This document shows, piece by piece, positions 40,931 through 50,358 of a stretch of DNA of 64,000 bases. The stretch is taken from contig CAWHVA010000027.1 in NCBI GenBank assembly GCA_963832615.1, forward strand, positions 165,985 through 229,984, written 5' to 3'. The notes beneath the pieces were generated by a model. The model saw only the letters and a list, made by a program, of their open reading frames with translations. It ran no database searches and was not told the DNA's origin. Position numbers and translations under genes: made by a program. Source of the DNA: an uncultured Acidobacteriota bacterium. GTDB taxonomy: Bacteria > Acidobacteriota > Terriglobia > Acidiferrales > UBA7541. Numbering within the stretch: the first letter of the stretch is position 1; each line of letters begins with the position of its first letter.

Positions 40931-42718
40931 ATGAGGCGAAAGAGGTCGTGGCGGTTTGTGACGCTCGCGGTGCTGCTATTTTTTGGGGGCGTTTGTGTTG
41001 CGGCGGAGCAGTACCCCGTCATCTACGAGCATGACGTTAAGGTGGCTATGCGCGACGGCGTTTTCCTTCGTGCTGACGTTTATCGCCCGCAAGCTGAGGG
41101 GAAATTTCCGGTACTGCTACAGCGAACGCCTTACGACAAACGCAATTTTGCTTTTGGATTGAAGGCCGCGGCACGGGGATATGTCGTGGTTATCCAGGAC
41201 GTGCGAGGGCGTTATGCTTCGGACGGCGAGTGGTACACGTTCAAGAACGAAATGAACGATGGCTACGACACGATCGAGTGGGCTGCGGCGCTTCCCTATT
41301 CGAACGGCAAGGTGGGAATGTTCGGCGGGTCTTACGTGGGCGCGACGCAGATGCTGGCGGCGATCATGCATCCGCCGCACCTCGCGGGAATTTGTCCGCT
41401 GGTCACCTCCAGCAACTATCACTCAAGTTGGACCTATCAGGGCGGCGCTTTCGAGCAGTGGTTCAACCAATCGTGGACCACCGGACTGGCGCAAGACACG
41501 ATGGACCGGAAAGTCAAACACGCCAGCAACGCGGCCGAGGGCATGTGGGAGCTGCCGCTGACCAGCTACCGGCTGTTCAATTTGAATGGGCGTCAAACAA
41601 TGAAGGCTGCAGAGCTGGCTCCTTACTATCTCGATTGGCTGGCGCATCCCAACTACGACGACTACTGGAAGCGCATTTCGATCGAAGAACACTTCGGCGA
41701 TATCAACACTCCTGCGCTGCACATCGCGGCGTGGTATGACATTTTTCTGGGCGGCTCGCTGCGCAACTTCGAAGGCATCAAGGCGCATGGCGGCAGCGAA
41801 GCCGCGCGGAACGGGCAGCAGCTGCTGGTGACTATCGGCGGGCATTCGGGAGACGGACGCAAGGTCGGCGACGTGGACTTTGGTCCAGATGCGGCGTTCA
41901 ACGAGGATGAGGCGGCGCTCGACTGGTACGACTTTTTGTTCAAGAGCGTCCAGAACCGGTTTGCTTCCGGCAAGCCAGTGAAACTTTTCGTGATGGGCGC
42001 GAACCAGTGGCGCGAAGAAGAGGCGTGGCCGTTAGCGCGTGCGCACGAGACAAAATACTTTATGCATTCGACAGGCGCGGCCAACTCATCGCGAGGGAAC
42101 GGAACACTTTCCGCCACAGGACCGGGCAAAGAAACCGCGGATCAATATATATACGATCCGGCAAAGCCGGTGCCCACGGTTGGAGGGCCGTTATGTTGCG
42201 ATCGCGATCATTGGGCGCCCGGGCCGCGGGATCAGCGTGGCGTAGAGGCGCGCGAGGACGTGCTGGTGTACTCGACGCCGGCACTCTCGCAAGACATAGA
42301 GGTTACCGGCCCAGTGAGCGTTGAACTGTACGCGAAGTCTTCGGCGGCCGATACGGACTTCACCGCGAAGCTCGTGGACGTGTGGCCGGATGGGTTCGCG
42401 CAAAATCTCACCGAAGGAATTCTCCGCGCACGATATCGCGAATCGCAGGAAAATCCGACGATGATTACGCCTGGGCAAATCTACAAATTCGCGATCGACC
42501 TGTGGGCGACCAGCAATGTTTTTAAGAGAGGACATATTCTGAGGCTGGAGATCTCGAGCAGCAATTATCCGCGGTTCGACCGCAATTTGAATACCGGGGA
42601 TCAGCGGCCAATGAGGAGCGGCGATTCGGATGAAATATTTACGAAGGCGACGAATGTGATTTTGCATGATGCGGAACATCCGTCGGTTTTGATTTTGCCG
42701 GTCGTTTCGGAGCGATGA
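40931..42718 (+). CDS. CocE/NonD family hydrolase
   Basis: MRDGV.LRADVYRP, RTPY, QDVRGRY.SDG, DGYDTIEW, GGSYVG, SSNYPRFDRN. Confidence 0.93.
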   Translation: MRRKRSWRFVTLAVLLFFGGVCVAAEQYPVIYEHDVKVAMRDGVFLRADVYRPQAEGKFPVLLQRTPYDKRNFAFGLKAAARGYVVVIQDVRGRYASDGEWYTFKNEMNDGYDTIEWAAALPYSNGKVGMFGGSYVGATQMLAAIMHPPHLAGICPLVTSSNYHSSWTYQGGAFEQWFNQSWTTGLAQDTMDRKVKHASNAAEGMWELPLTSYRLFNLNGRQTMKAAELAPYYLDWLAHPNYDDYWKRISIEEHFGDINTPALHIAAWYDIFLGGSLRNFEGIKAHGGSEAARNGQQLLVTIGGHSGDGRKVGDVDFGPDAAFNEDEAALDWYDFLFKSVQNRFASGKPVKLFVMGANQWREEEAWPLARAHETKYFMHSTGAANSSRGNGTLSATGPGKETADQYIYDPAKPVPTVGGPLCCDRDHWAPGPRDQRGVEAREDVLVYSTPALSQDIEVTGPVSVELYAKSSAADTDFTAKLVDVWPDGFAQNLTEGILRARYRESQENPTMITPGQIYKFAIDLWATSNVFKRGHILRLEISSSNYPRFDRNLNTGDQRPMRSGDSDEIFTKATNVILHDAEHPSVLILPVVSER

Positions 42719-42760
42719 GATCAGGTCGCCGCGGTTGAGTATCGGGAATACGGGAAAAAT

Positions 42761-42785
42761 GCGCCGTGTTAAGCCTGGCGCCTAC
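42761..42785 (-). repeat. Degenerate GTAG-type REP-like palindrome
   Basis: Minus strand GTAGGCGCCAGGCTTAACACGGCGC. Confidence 0.5.
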
Positions 42786-42808
42786 ATGGAGGCTGTGAGT
42801 CGCGTCCT

Positions 42809-43711
42809 ATGAACAAGACCCAATTGATTCTGCGAGTGTTCGTGTGTTGCGCGATTGCTGCGATCACGTGTAACGCGACCAGGGCCCAGGGTGCTGGCGC
42901 GCCTGCGGGCCAGGCCAATGACTGGTTGGTGGCGTTTCCGGCGCATCGCGTGGTGGACAACGTGTACTACGTCGGGAGCGCGGGGTTGGCTTCTTATCTG
43001 ATTACGACGTCCGCGGGGCACATCCTGATCAACAGCAGCCTGGAAGCGAGCGTGCCGCTGATCCAGGCCAGTGTGGAGAAGCTGGGGTTCAAGTTCAGCG
43101 ATATCAAGATTTTGCTGATCAGCCACGCGCATGGGGATCATTGCATGGGCAGTGCGCGAGTGAAGGAATTGACCGGCGCGAAATATATGGTGATGGATGG
43201 GGATGTGCCGGTGGTGGAGTCAGGCGGGAAAGCGGACTTTCAATACGGCGGGACGCCGGAGAATTTGTATCCAGCAACGAAAGTGGATCGCGTGCTGCAC
43301 GACGGCGATGAAGTGAAGCTGGGAGGCGTGGTGCTGGTGGCGCACAGGACGCCGGGTCACACGAAGGGCTGCACGACTTGGACGATGAAGTCGCGCGATG
43401 GCGCGGATGGGAAGTTATACGACGTGGTGATCGTTGGCAGCCCGAATGTGAATCCCGGATACAAGTTGGTGAACAACGCGGCGTATCCAGAGATCGCGCA
43501 GGATTACGAGCGAGCATTTCGCGTGTGGAAGGCTTTGCCGTGCGACGTGTTTTTGGGGGCGCATGGCAGTTACTACGGGATGGCGGAAAAATTCGCGCGG
43601 GTGAAGGATGGCGCGGCGAATCCGTTTGTTGATCCGGAAGGATATAAGAGTTATATCGCCGAACGGGAGTCGGCATTCCGGGCGGAGTGGAAGAAGCAGC
43701 AGGAAAAATAG
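42809..43711 (+). CDS. Subclass B3 metallo-beta-lactamase-like protein
   Basis: Signal peptide, NVYYVGS.GLASYLI, SHAHGDH, TPGHTKGCTTW, LPCDVFLGAH, NPFVD. Confidence 0.88.
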   Translation: MNKTQLILRVFVCCAIAAITCNATRAQGAGAPAGQANDWLVAFPAHRVVDNVYYVGSAGLASYLITTSAGHILINSSLEASVPLIQASVEKLGFKFSDIKILLISHAHGDHCMGSARVKELTGAKYMVMDGDVPVVESGGKADFQYGGTPENLYPATKVDRVLHDGDEVKLGGVVLVAHRTPGHTKGCTTWTMKSRDGADGKLYDVVIVGSPNVNPGYKLVNNAAYPEIAQDYERAFRVWKALPCDVFLGAHGSYYGMAEKFARVKDGAANPFVDPEGYKSYIAERESAFRAEWKKQQEK

Positions 43712-43756
43712 TTCGCCAAGAGCGGGGGCGATGCTGAGCGGAGAGGGCGCGGAGTC

Positions 43757-45148
43757 CTAGACAGTCTGAGTTTTTGTGCGGCGGGAATGGAGAATCGCGC
43801 CGAGCACCAGCCAGAAGGTTAGGGCGATATATTCGGCAGTGGTGAAGTGGCCAGGGGAGATCGGGAGAAATTTCATCAGAACCAGCGCGAAGGCAGCGAT
43901 GGCGCCGAACGTCGCGATGATGCGGAGTTTGACAGGAGGAGTCGGTGCCGGCTGGAAGGCGGCGCTATCCGTGTTGCGACTGTAGCTAGCGTCCCGGCGA
44001 AGTACGAGGAGCAAGGAGACGCAGGAGGCTAGCCAGCCATAGGCTGCGGCTGCGGAACCAACTTCGGTTACGGGGACGAGGATGGCATCGCCGAGGAAGA
44101 GGGCCACGAGCGTGCCCGCGCCGATGATGAGGATCGCGTTGCTGGGAGTTTGAAAACGCGGATGGATGCGGGCTAGCGGCGCCGGGACCGAGCCATTGCG
44201 ACCGAAGGCGAAGATCATGCGAGTGGCGGCGGCGAAGTTGCCGTTGAAGCATTGGAAGAGGCCGAACATGGCCATGACCAGGATGAGTTGGACGGGCCAG
44301 TGCTTGCCGAGGCCGTGCTCGAAGGCAATGGCCGTGGCGAAACGTTGACCTAAGAGGGTTTGCCACGGGGCGATGTAGGAGACCGCAGCGAGCGAGAACG
44401 CGTAGAAAGAGACTCCGACTCCCAGGGCCATGGCTATCGCGGTCATATAGGTTTTGCCGCGGAGGTCGGGGTTGGCTTCTTCGGCGTACTTGGGCACGGA
44501 CTCGAAACCGGTTAGGAAGTACGGGACGATCTGCAGCGTCAGCAGGATCGAAACTAACGGAGTCGTGTGAAAGACTGGATGAAGATTCGCGGGGGAGCCT
44601 CGGACAGCGCTGATGGCTACCAAGGCTAGAAAGATCAGCAGGACGATCGTCGTCATGCCCTTCTGGAAGTTGGCGCTCAGACGGATGCCGCGGTAGTTGA
44701 TCGTGGTCAGGAAAATAGTGAGCGCGATGCCCAAAACCAAGCGGAGCAGGAAAACCGGCTGGCCCGCGACACGATAGACCTCCATCGAATCGAGCTGGGG
44801 AAAAATGTAAGCGGCGATCTTCCCCAGGGCGATGGCTTCCCACGGGCAGACGATGAAGTAGGCGAGCAGCATGATCCAGCCGGTAAAATAACTGACAATC
44901 GGCGGAAAGACCTGGGCGGTATAGGCGGCTTCGCCCGCGGCGTCGGGTAGGCGGAGCACCCATTGGCCGTAGACGTAGCCTACTGGCAGCAGAATGATTC
45001 CGCCGAGGACGAAACCCAGGATTCCGCCGAGCGGGCCGCCTCTCCCCAGCCAGTCGTCCATTAGGACGAGCCAGCCTGTGCCGATCATTGTGCCGAAAGC
45101 TAGGGCGAAATAATCGTGGAGGCGGAGCTTGCGTGCTAGCGTGGGCAA
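43757..45148 (-). CDS. APC family amino acid permease
   Basis: FGTMIGTGW, GFES...AEE, RMIFAFGRNG..P....IHPRFQTP; about 12 TMs; start approximate. Confidence 0.88.
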   Translation of the reverse strand: MPTLARKLRLHDYFALAFGTMIGTGWLVLMDDWLGRGGPLGGILGFVLGGIILLPVGYVYGQWVLRLPDAAGEAAYTAQVFPPIVSYFTGWIMLLAYFIVCPWEAIALGKIAAYIFPQLDSMEVYRVAGQPVFLLRLVLGIALTIFLTTINYRGIRLSANFQKGMTTIVLLIFLALVAISAVRGSPANLHPVFHTTPLVSILLTLQIVPYFLTGFESVPKYAEEANPDLRGKTYMTAIAMALGVGVSFYAFSLAAVSYIAPWQTLLGQRFATAIAFEHGLGKHWPVQLILVMAMFGLFQCFNGNFAAATRMIFAFGRNGSVPAPLARIHPRFQTPSNAILIIGAGTLVALFLGDAILVPVTEVGSAAAAYGWLASCVSLLLVLRRDASYSRNTDSAAFQPAPTPPVKLRIIATFGAIAAFALVLMKFLPISPGHFTTAEYIALTFWLVLGAILHSRRTKTQTV

Positions 45149-45251
45149 TGGTTGGTCGATTGGCGCGCGATTTGGAAGACGGTCATATAGCACAGCGGCG
45201 TCGGTGACGCTAGTTGGAAGGCAGCGGGGAGCTGCGGCGCTGACATCGGGA

Positions 45252-45332
45252 GAGATTCCTCCACTGCGCACGCCGGCCCGTTCGCAGGAAGCGAACGGGA
45301 GGAACAAACCGGCGTGCTTCGGTCGGAATGAC
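45252..45332 (-). repeat. GTCATTCCGACCG...GTGGAGG REP-like element
   Basis: Same flanks as 16531-16601 with a different internal hairpin. Confidence 0.7.
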
Positions 45333-45389
45333 GGTGTTGGGGCGAGAATCTCGTTGTGAAGACGAGGTTGAGTTTAGAGGAGACGGCAT

Positions 45390-46349
45390 TTAGAGGATGC
45401 AGAGGAGTTCGTAGAGTAAGTTGGCGGCCAGCAGACTGGTTAGCTCGCCCGTGTCGAACGGTGGGGAGACTTCGACCAGGTCGCAGCCGATGATGTTCAG
45501 GCCTTGTAGGGCACGGACTAATTGGAGAATTTGGATGCTGCTGAAACCGCCAATTTGCGGGGTACCTGTGCCCGGCGCGTAAGCGGGATCGACCGAATCA
45601 ATGTCGAGGGTGACATAAACGGGTTTGTTGCGGAAGGCTTTCAGGTGGCGGAGAACTTGCGCCATTCCCTTTTCGTGGACTTCCTCGGCGGTGACCATGC
45701 GGACTTTGTGTTCGCGAGCGAAATCGAAATTGTCTTCGCCGTAGACTTGGCCGCGCAGGCCGACTTGCAGGACGCCGCCGTCATTTAGCAGGCCTTCTTC
45801 GAAGGCTCGCCGGAACGGCGTGCCGTGAGAATACTTGCTGCCGAAATATTCGTCCCAGAGATCGTTGTGGGCGTCGAACTGGATGAGGTTCACGGGGCCG
45901 CCGTGTTTTTTCGCGATAGCGCGGAGAATCGGCAGGCTGATGGAGTGGTCGCCGCCCACGCAGGCGGTGCGGGCTCCGGCGGCCAGGATCGGAGCGATGC
46001 CTTGCTCGATGCGGCGGAAGGTGTCTTCAATCGAGAGAGGATTTATGGGGAGGTCGCCGAAGTCGGCGATGCGGTATTTTTCGAACGGATTCAGTTTGAG
46101 GACGGGATTCCAGGGACGGATGATCGCGGATTGGACTCGGACGTAGCGCGGTCCGAAGCGCGGTCCGGGGCGATAGGTTGTGCCCCCGTCGAAGGGCACG
46201 CCAATGATGGCGATGTCGAGTTCTTCGGCTTGCGTGATGTATGGGAGACGCATGAAGGTGGGGATACCCGTGAAGCGCGCGTATTCCAGGGCGTCGACGG
46301 GTTGCGGATGCGGGAGATGGTAGGCACGAGTGAGCTTTTGTTTTGGCAT
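45390..46349 (-). CDS. speB: Agmatinase (ureohydrolase family)
   Basis: GVPFDGG..YRPG.RFGP, GGDHS, FDAHND, SHGTPF, DIDSVDPAYAPGTGTP, DLVEVSP. Confidence 0.9.
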   Translation of the reverse strand: MPKQKLTRAYHLPHPQPVDALEYARFTGIPTFMRLPYITQAEELDIAIIGVPFDGGTTYRPGPRFGPRYVRVQSAIIRPWNPVLKLNPFEKYRIADFGDLPINPLSIEDTFRRIEQGIAPILAAGARTACVGGDHSISLPILRAIAKKHGGPVNLIQFDAHNDLWDEYFGSKYSHGTPFRRAFEEGLLNDGGVLQVGLRGQVYGEDNFDFAREHKVRMVTAEEVHEKGMAQVLRHLKAFRNKPVYVTLDIDSVDPAYAPGTGTPQIGGFSSIQILQLVRALQGLNIIGCDLVEVSPPFDTGELTSLLAANLLYELLCIL

Positions 46350-46476
46350 GAACGGGGCATGTTAGGGGCGGGGTGCGGCGAAGTCAACGCGTGCCGGCGC
46401 CGACGCGGCGTTCACATCCCTTTCACTTGGGAGTAACACGAGCGGAGTATTTCTAAGCGCGGGAAGCTTTCGTCTG

Positions 46477-48294
46477 ATGATTCCAAATATCTTGCGGTTG
46501 AAAATGCGGGTGTTACTGGGTGTGTGCATTCTCTGCGCCCTGGGAGCAGATCGGGCATGTGCGCAGGGCGCCGGCGCGCGCGGTGCAACAGCAAGTGAGC
46601 CCACTGCCGGATGCTTCCGCGGGATCGAAGGCGCCGAAGTCCCGCAGCCCGAGGATTTGCACAGCGTCAACGGCGTGTTGAAAGTGGAGCTGGCATTTCG
46701 GAGTTATGTGGATGGGAGTGGGGACACGCGATATTGCTACGTAACCTCCGGTGGCGGAGTTTCTCCTACCTTGCGCGTGAATCCAGGTGACATGGTGATT
46801 TTGAATCTGAAGAATGAGGCGCGCGTTATGGATCTGGCGAATCATGGCGCGTCGGGGAGCGCGGGGCTTCACGGCTCGATGGAAATGAGCGCGGGAGCCG
46901 CGGATAGGGCGAGTGGGGCGGCTCGGAATGCTTGCGCGGGCGGACCGATGATGGCCTCGGCGACCAATTTGCATTTTCATGGGTTGGCGATTCCCGCAGC
47001 GTGCCATGCGGATGAAACGCTGAAGACCTTGGTCGAGCCGGCAGACGCGCCGTTCGAATATCGGTTTCAGATTCCGGAAAGCCAGCCGCCGGGATTGTAC
47101 TGGTATCACCCGCATGTACATGGGATTAGCAGGTTCCAACTTCTCGGCGGGGCGTCGGGAGCGTTGATCGTTGAGGGCATCGAGCGGGTGAATCGGCAAC
47201 TGGCGGGTTTGCGGGAGCGCGTGTTTGTAATACGCGACGAAAATCTGGTGCATCCGGAGGCAGAGCCGCCGGGAGTGAGCCTGGCGACGCAGGTACGGAT
47301 GAGAGATCCCGAAGGCGACATGCTGAACACCGGGACCGGCGAGGGGAAGCCGGCAAAGGACTTGTCGATCAATTATGTACCGGTGCCGTATCCGAAGTAT
47401 CCCCCGGCGGTAATTCGCATGAAGGCGTCGCGGAAGGAATTGTGGCGAGTGGCGAATGCTTCGGCGATTACCTATTTGAATTTGCAGTTGTTGTTCAACA
47501 GCGTGCCGCAACCGCTGGGAATCGTGGGGCTGGACGGAGCGCCGCTGGCGGGAGGCGGCGACCCCTCGCGCGCGACGCTGCGCGTCAGCCATGTGATTGT
47601 GCCGCCCGGCGGGCGCGTGGAATTTGTGGTGAACGGGCCCTCCGCAGGTGTGGATGCAAGTTTGGTGACGCGCGGGGTGGACACCGGGCCGATGGGCGAG
47701 AACGATCCGCTGCGAGCTCTGGCGAGGATTGCGGTGTCGGCGAATGCTCCGGAGCCGCGAGTGGTCTTGGCGGCGAATCCGGCTCCATTGCCTGCGGCGA
47801 AGGAGGCGTGGCTGGGAAGTGTTACGCCGGTGCGCGAGAGAAAGCTCTATTTTTCAGAGAAGCAGGAGAATCCGAACGATCCGAACAGTCCGACGACGTT
47901 TTTCGTGACGGTGGAGGGGCAGACACCAAAGGCTTTCGATCCGGCGTCGGGAATTCCCAACATGGTGGCGCAGCAAGGAACCGTGGAGGATTGGACGATT
48001 GAGAACCGGACGCAGGAATTTCACGCATTTCACATTCATCAGATTCATTTTCTGATGACGCAATGGAATGGACGGAAGGTCGATGAGCCGTTCTTGCGGG
48101 ACACGGTGAATCTGGAATATTGGGATGGAAAAAGCGCGACTTATCCGAGTATCAAGCTGCGGATGGACTTTCGGGATGCGAACGCAGCTGGGACATTGCC
48201 ATATCACTGTCATTTGTTGGAACACCAGGATGGGGGAATGATGGGGATATTGCGGGTGGAGCCGGCGGCTGCGAAGCAGAGTGCGGCCCAGTGA
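46477..48294 (+). CDS. Secreted multicopper oxidase
   Basis: TNLHFHG, YWYHPH, HAFHIHQ, YHCHLLEHQDGGMM copper ligands. Confidence 0.93.
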   Translation: MIPNILRLKMRVLLGVCILCALGADRACAQGAGARGATASEPTAGCFRGIEGAEVPQPEDLHSVNGVLKVELAFRSYVDGSGDTRYCYVTSGGGVSPTLRVNPGDMVILNLKNEARVMDLANHGASGSAGLHGSMEMSAGAADRASGAARNACAGGPMMASATNLHFHGLAIPAACHADETLKTLVEPADAPFEYRFQIPESQPPGLYWYHPHVHGISRFQLLGGASGALIVEGIERVNRQLAGLRERVFVIRDENLVHPEAEPPGVSLATQVRMRDPEGDMLNTGTGEGKPAKDLSINYVPVPYPKYPPAVIRMKASRKELWRVANASAITYLNLQLLFNSVPQPLGIVGLDGAPLAGGGDPSRATLRVSHVIVPPGGRVEFVVNGPSAGVDASLVTRGVDTGPMGENDPLRALARIAVSANAPEPRVVLAANPAPLPAAKEAWLGSVTPVRERKLYFSEKQENPNDPNSPTTFFVTVEGQTPKAFDPASGIPNMVAQQGTVEDWTIENRTQEFHAFHIHQIHFLMTQWNGRKVDEPFLRDTVNLEYWDGKSATYPSIKLRMDFRDANAAGTLPYHCHLLEHQDGGMMGILRVEPAAAKQSAAQ

Positions 48295-48525
48295 ACTGAA
48301 TTGCGTTCGAAACGAGGCGCGAAGATTGGGTAGAGACAAATTTTTCACAACGTGCCATCAGGTTTTGACTTCGCATTCATCAGACGCTAACAAAAGCAGA
48401 TTAAAAGTCTGAGCGCGGGAAAGTGGCCCGCGACGCCATGGGACGTGCGTCCACCCGTCTTCACGTCTCATCCCATTTCTAAAGTTGTCTTCGAAAAACT
48501 GAGGTTCCATCAAAGGAGCAAGTGA

Positions 48526-50148
48526 ATGATGAAACGGAAGCACCCTAAGCACGTTTGTGCCTTGGCCGCGATTGCGTCGCTCTCGCTCTTGATCCCGGCG
48601 GGAACGTGGGCGCAGCCCGGACCTGAGACGAATACACCGATCAAGCACGTGGTCGTCATTTTTCAGGAGAACATTTCGTTCGATCACTACTTCGCGACGT
48701 ATCCTCACGCCGCGAATTCCAACGGCGAGACCAAATTTCACGCAAGAGCTGGAACGCCGACCGTTAACAACCTGGAATCGGCCGGGTTGCTCACCAACAA
48801 CCCGAACTCGGTGAACCCGTTCCTGTTGTCGCCGGCGGATGCGGTTACCTGCGACCAGGATCATGACTACGGCGACGAGCAGAAGGCCTTTGACGCGGGC
48901 TTGATGGACAAGTTTCCGGAGTCGGTGGGCAGCGGCGGTCCTGGCTGCAACGACGTCGGGATGGGCACGGGAATCGTGATGGGCTATTTTGACGGCAACA
49001 CGGTGACCGGTCTCTGGAATTACGCGCAGCACTTTTCGATGAGCGACAACTCGTTCGGCACGGACTTCGGACCCTCGTCGGTCGGCGCCATCAACCTGAT
49101 TTCGGGGAATACCAACGGAGCAACACTGGTGCCGCTGAAGCCGAATGGAAGCGCCGCGAGCGGAGCAGGCAACATCGGGGGCGGGGGAACAACCGGTGCG
49201 TTGATCGGAGACCCACGACCCGGATTTGACGATTGCTCGAACACGACAGCGGGATTGGCGAACTCGGCCCAAATCACGATGACCGGCAAGAACATCGGAG
49301 ACTTGCTGAACGCGCAAGGATTGACATGGGGCTGGTTCCAAGGCGGATTCAAGCCGACCAGCAAGGATTCGATGGGGCGCGCGGTCTGCGGAGCGCACCA
49401 CGTCGGACTGGCGGGCGACGATGCAACGACGCAATCGAGCGATGGGGACTACATTCCTCACCACTCGCCATTCCAGTACTACAAGCAGACCAGCAATCCA
49501 CATCACCTGCCGCCGACGTCGCCGCTATCGGTGGGGACAACAGACCAGGCAAACCACAACTACGACCTCAGCGACTTCTGGGCGGCAGTGAAGGCAGGGA
49601 ATCTGCCGGCGGTCAGCTTCCTGAAAGCGGGCGCGTGGCAGGATGGACATCCAGGGTATTCGGACCCGATCGACGAGCAAGACTTCGTCGTGAGCACGAT
49701 CAATAGCCTGGAAAATACGCCATTCTGGAAGTCCACGGCAGTGATCATTCTGTATGACGACTCGGATGGCTGGTACGACCACCAGATCGGCCCAATCATC
49801 GGGCAGTCCAACGTGACCGACGACAATCTAACCGCTCCGGGCAGCTGCGGAGTTCCGAAGGCGATCGACGCCCAGGGAGACATTCAGAACGGACGCTGCG
49901 GGTACGGGCCACGGCAGCCACTGATTGTGATTTCTCCTTATGCGAAGGTGAACTTCGTGGATCATTCCACGACCGATCAATCTTCGGTGATTCGCTTTAT
50001 CGAAGATAACTGGGGTCTGCCGCGAATTGGCAACGGCTCGCGCGATGCGGTTGCGGGTTCGTTGTTGAACATGTTCGACTTCACGATGGACGGCACGCAC
50101 AAGGTCTTCCTCGACCCCAACTCGGGAGTTGTGACGAAGATCGAGTAA
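48526..50148 (+). CDS. Secreted phospholipase C / acid phosphatase (phosphoesterase family)
   Basis: IKHVVVIFQENISFDHYF, DNSF...FGPS, LPAVSFLK, DGHPG, YDDSDGWYDH, GYGPRQP. Confidence 0.92.
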   Translation: MMKRKHPKHVCALAAIASLSLLIPAGTWAQPGPETNTPIKHVVVIFQENISFDHYFATYPHAANSNGETKFHARAGTPTVNNLESAGLLTNNPNSVNPFLLSPADAVTCDQDHDYGDEQKAFDAGLMDKFPESVGSGGPGCNDVGMGTGIVMGYFDGNTVTGLWNYAQHFSMSDNSFGTDFGPSSVGAINLISGNTNGATLVPLKPNGSAASGAGNIGGGGTTGALIGDPRPGFDDCSNTTAGLANSAQITMTGKNIGDLLNAQGLTWGWFQGGFKPTSKDSMGRAVCGAHHVGLAGDDATTQSSDGDYIPHHSPFQYYKQTSNPHHLPPTSPLSVGTTDQANHNYDLSDFWAAVKAGNLPAVSFLKAGAWQDGHPGYSDPIDEQDFVVSTINSLENTPFWKSTAVIILYDDSDGWYDHQIGPIIGQSNVTDDNLTAPGSCGVPKAIDAQGDIQNGRCGYGPRQPLIVISPYAKVNFVDHSTTDQSSVIRFIEDNWGLPRIGNGSRDAVAGSLLNMFDFTMDGTHKVFLDPNSGVVTKIE

Positions 50149-50186
50149 TCGTTGCGGTTGCAACTGTTGAAGGATGGCCGTTAGGC

Positions 50187-50225
50187 GAAGGCCCGTTCCG
50201 CTGTGCGGAGCGGGCCTTCTTTTTT
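50187..50225 (+). terminator. Rho-independent terminator
   Basis: GAAGGCCCGTTCCGC-tgt-GCGGAGCGGGCCTTC followed by TTTTTT. Confidence 0.85.
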
Positions 50226-50358
50226 GGATGGGACCCGAGAGACTGGAGGCTCGCGGGCAGGGAGAGGGTTCTTTCTTGGCCAGCGCAGGCGCGAGACAAC
50301 CCCGCAATGCCGGGCGTCATCCGTTAGCGTGTAGTCATCCTCCTTGGTGCGAGGAGAG

